Below, in pieces: positions 55,744 to 64,000 of a stretch of DNA of 64,000 nucleotides. The DNA lies in assembly GCF_009914755.1 (NCBI RefSeq), contig NC_060935.1, one strand, 5' to 3'. Made by a program: the position numbers and the translations under genes. Under the pieces are notes generated by a model. The model saw only the letters and a program-made list of their open reading frames with translations. It did not search any database and had not been told where the DNA came from. This DNA is from the human T2T-CHM13v2.0 reference genome, Homo sapiens. The first letter of the stretch is position 1, and each line of letters begins with the position of its first letter.

Positions 55744-56935
55744 CTGGGAGCAAGCAAGAGACAAAACCAGCTCAGGGAAACCCCAAATCCCACAGGCTGG
55801 CACAGCCTTATCTGGCCATAGTGCCTTGGAGAGCACCCTTGGCTTGCCCTGTCCCTCCACGTGTTATCTACAAGGTCCCACCTATGCTCATGCTGTCCCC
55901 TACTACAGGCCAGCCCCCCTACCCCGTCACCCAAAGGTGCCTAATCCTTCAAGCCAGAGCAGATGTTTCCCTCACCACTTAATTCAAGATAATATTTACC
56001 GAGCACTTTCTACATGCTGACACTGAGACTAGATGGGTAAATAAAATGTCTTCATTCCCCAGCCAAGCTAGGCTCCAGCCAGGGACTCAGAGCAACTAGG
56101 ATGAAACTCAAGAGGTGAGCAGGTGCTTGGGGGTGGTGAGGGGGCTGGTGGGGGGGCCGTGGGGAAGACGCCTAACCCAGCCTGGGCCGTCAGAGGAGGG
56201 GCAAGCTGAAGAATAAAGGGAGGGGGGATAGGCGCTGGTAGAAGGTGGTGTGTTGCAGGCACAGGACAACATGGGCACATGTATGGCAGAGTCCAGAATA
56301 CCCATGTTCACCCTGGATGAGCAGAGTTCAAAGGGACAGTGTCCAAGAGAGGGGCTGACCTAATGCCAGATGGGACCCCCCCCCCCCACCAACCCCAAAC
56401 ACCTAGTGTAGCTGTGCCTCTCTGTGAGGCACAAGGCTGAGCCCCTGGCTAAAATGTCCATGCTGGAGTTGTACCCCTGCCAACCTGGAAGCTCCTGGAG
56501 GGCTGTACCCCACCTGCCTCCCCCGTCACCCCAGGTGCCACCCAGAAAGGGCCTCAGTAAACTGGTTGGATCCAAGAATAAAAAAGCACATGGCAGAGCA
56601 GATGGGAGTCCAAATTCCTCACCCAGAGACCCACAGCTCGGGAAACTGAGGCCTAGAGACAGGACTAATCTAGTCACCCAGTATACAACAGGGACTGAGA
56701 CTGGGATGCGGGCCTCTCTCTTTTCATGCCACTTCAGAGGCCCCAGATACTCAGTTTCTTTGGGGGCCTTCAAGGCGGGGCCTGCAGGCTGAGCTGGGAG
56801 GGAGGAGGGGCTGGTTATCAAGAAAGCGCCTGCATTCCACCAGGGCCCTAGAGAAGCCAATTCAATCCCCAACAAGAGGGCAGGGAACAGGAGTAGGGGC
56901 GTTTTCTGGAGCTGAAAGTAAAAAGGGGAAGCCTA

Positions 56936-57062
56936 GGGCTGGGTATGGTGGTTCATGCCTATAATCTCAGCACTTTGGGAGGCTGAGGTGGGAGGATCCC
57001 TTCAGGGGTTCAAGGCTAGCCTGGGCAACATAGCGAAATCCTGTCTCTATAAAAATAAAAAA
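56936..57062 (+). mobile_element. FLAM / Alu left monomer
   Basis: Single Alu monomer; flanking AAAAAGGGG(A/C)AGCCTAG duplication. Confidence 0.85.
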
Positions 57063-58205
57063 GGGGCAGCCTAGAGACGGCCTTAGAGGCTGAGGCTAAG
57101 GTTAGAGGTCAGAGAGGGCTTCCTACACCAGAATTCACAGACAGCAGGCCACTGGGGGGTGCCCCCAGTTCAGGGCCCACGATTATCCTACCCCACATTT
57201 GCTCACCAGGGCCTGGCCTACCCCCAAAGCCTAGCTCTTCTGCCCAGATTAGCAGCCCCCTGAGTCCAGCCACAAAACTGAGAAGTCCCTGCCTCCATGC
57301 CCACCCCTGCTGCTCTGGACCTGGTGGATCGACCAGGACGCGCCTCTAATTGGTGGCTCCTTCAAAGCTCCCCAGGTCAGCTGAGCTGTGAGTCAGGGCT
57401 CCTCACCGTTCCCAGCCTCAAGCCTCTGACCTTACACCTCTTGGCCTCCCTAGCATCTCCCTTGGCCTCCTCCCGGCTTGAAGCCAGATCTCCCCACCTT
57501 TCCTCCAGGGCCTCCCTCCAGGCAGGGACACTGAGCCGGGGGGGTCGGTGGGAGATGTGGGTGGGGGCCATCCAGTCCCTCCCTAGACACCCACTTGGCC
57601 CATCCCACTCTCCCAAAAGCAGGAAGTAGGCAGCGACCCAGGCACACGAGGTGTTGATCAACACTGGTACTGACGTACTGACGCGGTTGTTGACATACAC
57701 ATCCGGTGGTTTGTTGATCCCACCTACGGGCTCAGGACCGTGGGGTCAAGAGGTCAGGGCACATGATCCACAGGTGTCCTCGCCAGGGCTCCGGACCCCT
57801 ACCAGCTTCCCCCACCAGCTGCGCAGGCCCAAGTCTGTCACTGCCCTGGCCCAGCTCAGTTCCTACGCTCCCTCCCCAGCCCCTCCTCAGCCCGAGAGCC
57901 AACCTCCTTAACTCAGCCCCCAAACTCGACGAGTTTGTCTTGCATTCTCCAGACAGGTGATCTTGCCCTCTCCAGCCTCAGTTTCTCCTCCCGTGGAGAC
58001 AGAAACCCCTTCCCGCTCAGTTTCTGGCTCTGGTAAGGAACTGAAGAGGCTAGCCGGGGTGCCTCTGACGCCTGGGAGAGGGCAAGATTCCCCTGGCCTC
58101 TCTACGCCCGGTGCCTGATCCCCCAGCCCGATCCTGCCGCAGGGAGCCTCAGGTCGCTGCGCTCCCACCCTCCGCACCTTCCTGGACTCGGGCCTGGCTC
58201 CTCAC

Positions 58206-58376
58206 CCAGATTTCCAGGTGGATGTCTCGCAGGGCAACGCTGCCCTTGTACAGATCGAGGCTGAGCTGGTCCAGGCTGAGGTGCTCTTGGAAGAAGTGAC
58301 CTAAGTAGTGGTGCAGCAAGTAGCGGCAGACCCGCTCTTTCACACAGTTTGACCATGGCCACAGCCATCGTGACAT
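58206..58376 (-). CDS. ATG2A: ATG2A exon 1 CDS (MSRWLWPWSNCVKERVCRYLLHHYLG...HLEIW)
   Basis: ATG 58376, donor TGG|GTGAGG, 171 nt; chorein-N sequence. Confidence 0.97.
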
Positions 58377-58870
58377 CTCGGAGACCGCCGGGCCTGGGCC
58401 GCCTCCGCTTGCCGCCCGCCGGCGATCCCCGTCCGGCTCCGCTGTTCACTAGAGCCCCCGGCTCGCCCCGCCGCTTCTCTAGGCGCCAGGCCGCGCCCCC
58501 GGACGCCCAGCCACGCCCCCTACGCTCACTGTCATTGGCTATTGCAAAGGGCGAGGCCTACTGATTGGCTGCGCGGGGCGGAGCCTTCGGGCGCGAAAAA
58601 GGGACTGGGCTCTCTGCATGATATAGGGCTCTCAATCATGATTTACGCTTGCGTAAAGTACTGTGTGGGAGGACCTTTAACCTCCCCTCTACAGGCTCTG
58701 GGAAGGCTGTTGCTCCAGGTGCCGGCCCCTCAAAGGAATGCGCATGTGCTGATTCGTCCAACCACTTTAAGTGGTTGGGGAGGATTTAAAGGGACAGTGT
58801 CCCATCAAACTTCGTAGAAGCCTTCCCCAGAGGAGTAAACTCAGTGCGCGATCTTAAGCGCGCATCTGTG
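58377..58870 (-). promoter_or_regulatory. ATG2A: ATG2A CpG-island promoter / 5' UTR
   Basis: CpG-rich; two CCAAT boxes 30 bp apart (58534, 58564); GC boxes at 58511 and 58575; NRF1-like TGCGCATGTGC near 58739. Confidence 0.85.
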
Positions 58871-59239
58871 GAAACAATTAAGTGAGTAAACATTCGCATT
58901 TTGCAAAATCTTTTACCATCCTTTATCTCATTGAGCCCTCTTAATAATCGCTCAAGGTAGGGATTATTGCCACCGCTTTACAGGTAAGAAAACAGATTAA
59001 GATACGAGAAAGACCCTGCCTCAAAAACAAACAAAAATAAATAAGGGCTCTGAATCCATCACCAAGGAAGGTCTTTTTTCCCCTCCTCACCCCGGAATGC
59101 TCAGAGGGAGATTAACTGACCCTCCCTTCTCTCTGCCGTCGGTCAGGCCTTAGGCACCTCTCTGAAATAATAATAGCTTTTCATATCTCTAGTCCTAAAA
59201 TCAAAGAATGGATTCTGCCTCCTTTAAGCAGGGGGGCAT

Positions 59240-59533
59240 TGTTTTTGTACAGCCTTTGAGCTAAGTATGGTTTTTATGTCTTTTAAATGGTTAGGGGAAA
59301 AATCAAAAGAAGAATGAACTTTTCATGGCATGTGAAAAATCATATGAAATTCACATTCCAGTGTTTATACATAACGTTTTAGTGTCACACAGTCTTGCTC
59401 ATTTGCTTAAGTTCTGCCCCGGGCTGCTTTCTTGCTACAAGAGCAGAATTCAGTACTTGAGACAGAGGCCTGCAAAGCCTAAAATATTTATTTTCTGGCC
59501 CTTCACAGAAAAAGTTTGCCAACCGCTGCTCTG
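59240..59533 (+). mobile_element. MER58B-like DNA transposon
   Basis: TTGTTTTTGTACAGCC..GAGCTAAG..AATCAAAAGAAGAAT..GGCCCTTCACAGAAAAAGTTTGCCAACC. Confidence 0.75.
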
Positions 59534-59599
59534 TAGGGGGCAGCCACACAAAACCTCTTACATCATGGGCGACTTCAGGAACAGCCATAGGTAATTATG

Positions 59600-60030
59600 T
59601 TTCTTTTCTTTTCTTTTTGAGACAGACTCTCTCTGTCACCTAGGCTGGAGTGCAGTGGCACAATCTTGGCTCACTGCAACCTCTGCCTCCTGGGTTCAAA
59701 TGATTCTGCTGCCTTGGCCTCCCAGAGTAGCTGGGATTACAGGCATGCACCACCGCACCCAGCTAATTACCGTGTTGGGCAGGCTGGTCTCGAACTCCTG
59801 ACCTTAGGTGATCAGCCTGCCTTGGCCTCCCAAAGTGTTGGGATTACAGGCACGAGCCACCGTGCCCGGCCTATGTTTCTATTTTATTTATTTTTTTTGA
59901 GACAGAGTCTTGCTCTGTTGCCCAGGCTGGAGTGCAGTGGTGCAGTCTCCTCTCACGCAACCTCTGGCTCCTGGGTTCAAGGAATTCCTGAGTAGCTGGG
60001 ATTACAGGTGTGAGCTACCCCACCTAGCCT
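59600..60030 (-). mobile_element. Two partial Alus
   Basis: Alu consensus, reverse. Confidence 0.85.
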
Positions 60031-60299
60031 GTGTTTCTATTTTAATCTTACTTGGGAGCTGGACTCTTACATTCTAATGCCAAAACTCAGCCTGAAGCAA
60101 GGGCAACCGCCCTGGCCCACCGGGCAGGGACCTGTATTCCAGTCCCACCCATGGGTGGTTTCTTCTCCTCTTGTGACCCTCAGTTTTATCCTATGTAACT
60201 GGGGTTGGGTTAGTAAGTGGAGATAGTTCATTACCTGGAAGGAGCAGGCTCCATTCAGGGAGGCAGGCTGATAGGACAGCCATTCAGAAAGTGCTTATG

Positions 60300-60684
<385 letters not shown>

Positions 60685-60697
60685 TTAATAATAATAT

Positions 60698-60968
60698 ACC
60701 GGGTTGGGTTGCTCACTCCTGTAATCCCAGCACTTTGGGAGGCTGAGGCAGAAGGATCGCTTGAGCCCAGGAGTTTGAGACCAGCCTGGGCAACATAGCT
60801 GAATCCCTGTGTCTACAAAAAAAAAAAAATGTTTCAAAAAATTAGCCGGGCGTGGTGGTGTGTGCCTTTGGTCATTTGAGCCCAGGAGTTTGAAGTTGCA
60901 GTGAAGCTATGAATGCACCACTGCACTCCGGCCTCGGTGACAGACGGAGATCTTGTCTAAAAAAAAAA
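60698..60968 (+). mobile_element. AluJ-like
   Basis: Alu consensus. Confidence 0.85.
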
Positions 60969-61203
60969 TTAATAGTAAATATAATTGCCACCATGAATTA
61001 AGCCTGTGTGATGTCCTAGGCCTTGGGCTTGTTACTTTACGTGCACGATCTCATCTGCTCTGCTGTTCACCATATGCTCATGAGGGAGGTTCTATTAATA
61101 TCCCCATTCTTAAGGGAGAGGAGACCAAGGCTACGTGCCTAAATGCTGCGGAGCGAATGAATGAAAAAGCATTAAGATTCAGAAATCATAAAAAGAAAAA
61201 AGA

Positions 61204-61365
61204 GGCTTGGAACAGTGGCTTACACGTGTAATCCCAGCATTTTTGGGAGGCTGAGGTGGCCAGAGTCACTTGATCCCGGGGGGCAGAGGTTGCCGTGAGC
61301 TGAGATTGCACCACTGCACTCCAGCCTGGGTGACAGAGAAGACTCCACCTCAAAAACAAAAAAAG
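61204..61365 (+). mobile_element. Monomeric / internally recombined Alu
   Basis: Left-arm start fused to right-arm end. Confidence 0.8.
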
Positions 61366-61873
61366 GAAAGAAAAAAGAAAAAACACCACTTCTCCTCCTT
61401 CCAAAGGTGGTGGGGATAGAAGGGGATATTCTCTTGGTCCAAGAAAAGTTATCCTTTCTAGGCCCCTGGAGCCACTCTGGGAGTTTGCTCTCCTCCAGTG
61501 AGGGAGACCCCAGGGTCAGGCTGCACTCACATCTGTCTGTTGTAACTGAACTGGTGGGCACATCCGTCTCTTAGGGGTTGGTGCCTGCAGGTCCATTCCT
61601 GAGCCCCAGTTCCCAGTGCCATGTGTGTACCACAGCAGAAGATTAGACAGGACTGAGAGGACACAAAGATACTTCCCCAGACAAGCTCCGTAGAAAACCA
61701 ACTCCAGAGACAGTCATTCTCCAACCTAGCCTCGGAGTAGGAGCTAAAGGAGTGAGCAAAAAATCCTCGCACAGTAAAGGGGACGATATTCTCTTGGGAG
61801 GAAATGGGGTGTTGGGAACCCCATGGGACATTCTGCAACGAAGTCCCAAGCCCCACTTTAGGTCCAGCAGTTA

Positions 61874-62503
<630 letters not shown>

Positions 62504-63185
62504 TAGGTCCAGCAGTTCTAACAAATACACTGGCCCTGGGCACTGCATTTAGGGGCTTCTTCTACTGGACAACTGGATTCCAGTCAACTCAAGAGGTCAG
62601 GGGAAGTTTGGGGTCAGGATTCCTCCCCATAGAGAGAAAATGGGGAGGGCCAGGCTTTGCCCAGGCGGGGGGGCATCCTTCCCACCTTAGATTAGGTGAA
62701 AACTCATCAGGCAAACTGTGTGCTTCAGACCTCAGGGGCCCTGAAGGAGTATCTCCCTTCCCCCAGGGATGGCCCACCCTCTGGGGTGAGAAAGGGATCA
62801 CAGAGGTGGCCCGGGGGCTGCGGCTTTTGACTCTGTCCTGGGTGGAGAGCTTGGGTTTTATCAGAGGGAAGGGCTTTCATGGAGGAAGAGAGGCCATCCC
62901 TCAAGGATGGGTGGAGCTGGAGGGAGGAGATCCCAGGCAGCTGGCAGGGAACTGGGTGTCCAGGCCAGAGGAGCTCCTCCAGGTAGCTCAGGGGCAGCCA
63001 GGAGAACAGGGGGATCTGGAACACACCTGAAAAAGCAAACTTCATCTATAAATACATGGAACTTCATCTATAAATACAATACTGTTGGATTGTACAACTG
63101 AAATTGGTGACTTTTTTTTGTTTTGAACATACATCTGTCGTTGCATATAACACAACGTGATGCATTTCGTTTAAATTGTGGTAAA

Positions 63186-64000
<815 letters not shown>

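Overview
Human (primate) genomic DNA that I recognise as the chr11q13.1 EHD1 - MIR192/MIR194-2 - ATG2A locus. All real genes are on the minus strand. From left to right it contains: EHD1 coding exons 3, 2 and 1 plus an alternative upstream coding exon (the 3' exons lie left of the window); an RPS16 processed pseudogene (+); a CpG-rich element with a CTCF motif at about 29.3 kb; the miR-194-2/miR-192 cluster with HNF1 and HNF4 motifs; and the complete 41-exon ATG2A CDS. I traced every ATG2A GT-AG junction and the exons sum to 5817 nt (1938 aa + stop). ATG2A hosts the intronic miRNAs MIR6750 and MIR6749 and has a CpG-island promoter. The rest is about 40 Alus plus L1, MLT, MER, MIR and L2 fragments and microsatellites; repeat boundaries and subfamilies are by-eye estimates. 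I see no evidence of a wholly new biological system. The best leads are: (1) a 141-codon out-of-frame ORF with strong Kozak ATGs overlapping ATG2A exons 1-3; (2) a recursive-splicing-type CAG|GTAAGC site at ATG2A exon 32; (3) stop-free in-frame introns, including the miR-6749 intron; (4) NF-kB/ETS-IRF/AP-1 and RFX motif clusters at EHD1; (5) template-switch palindromes inside two Alus.
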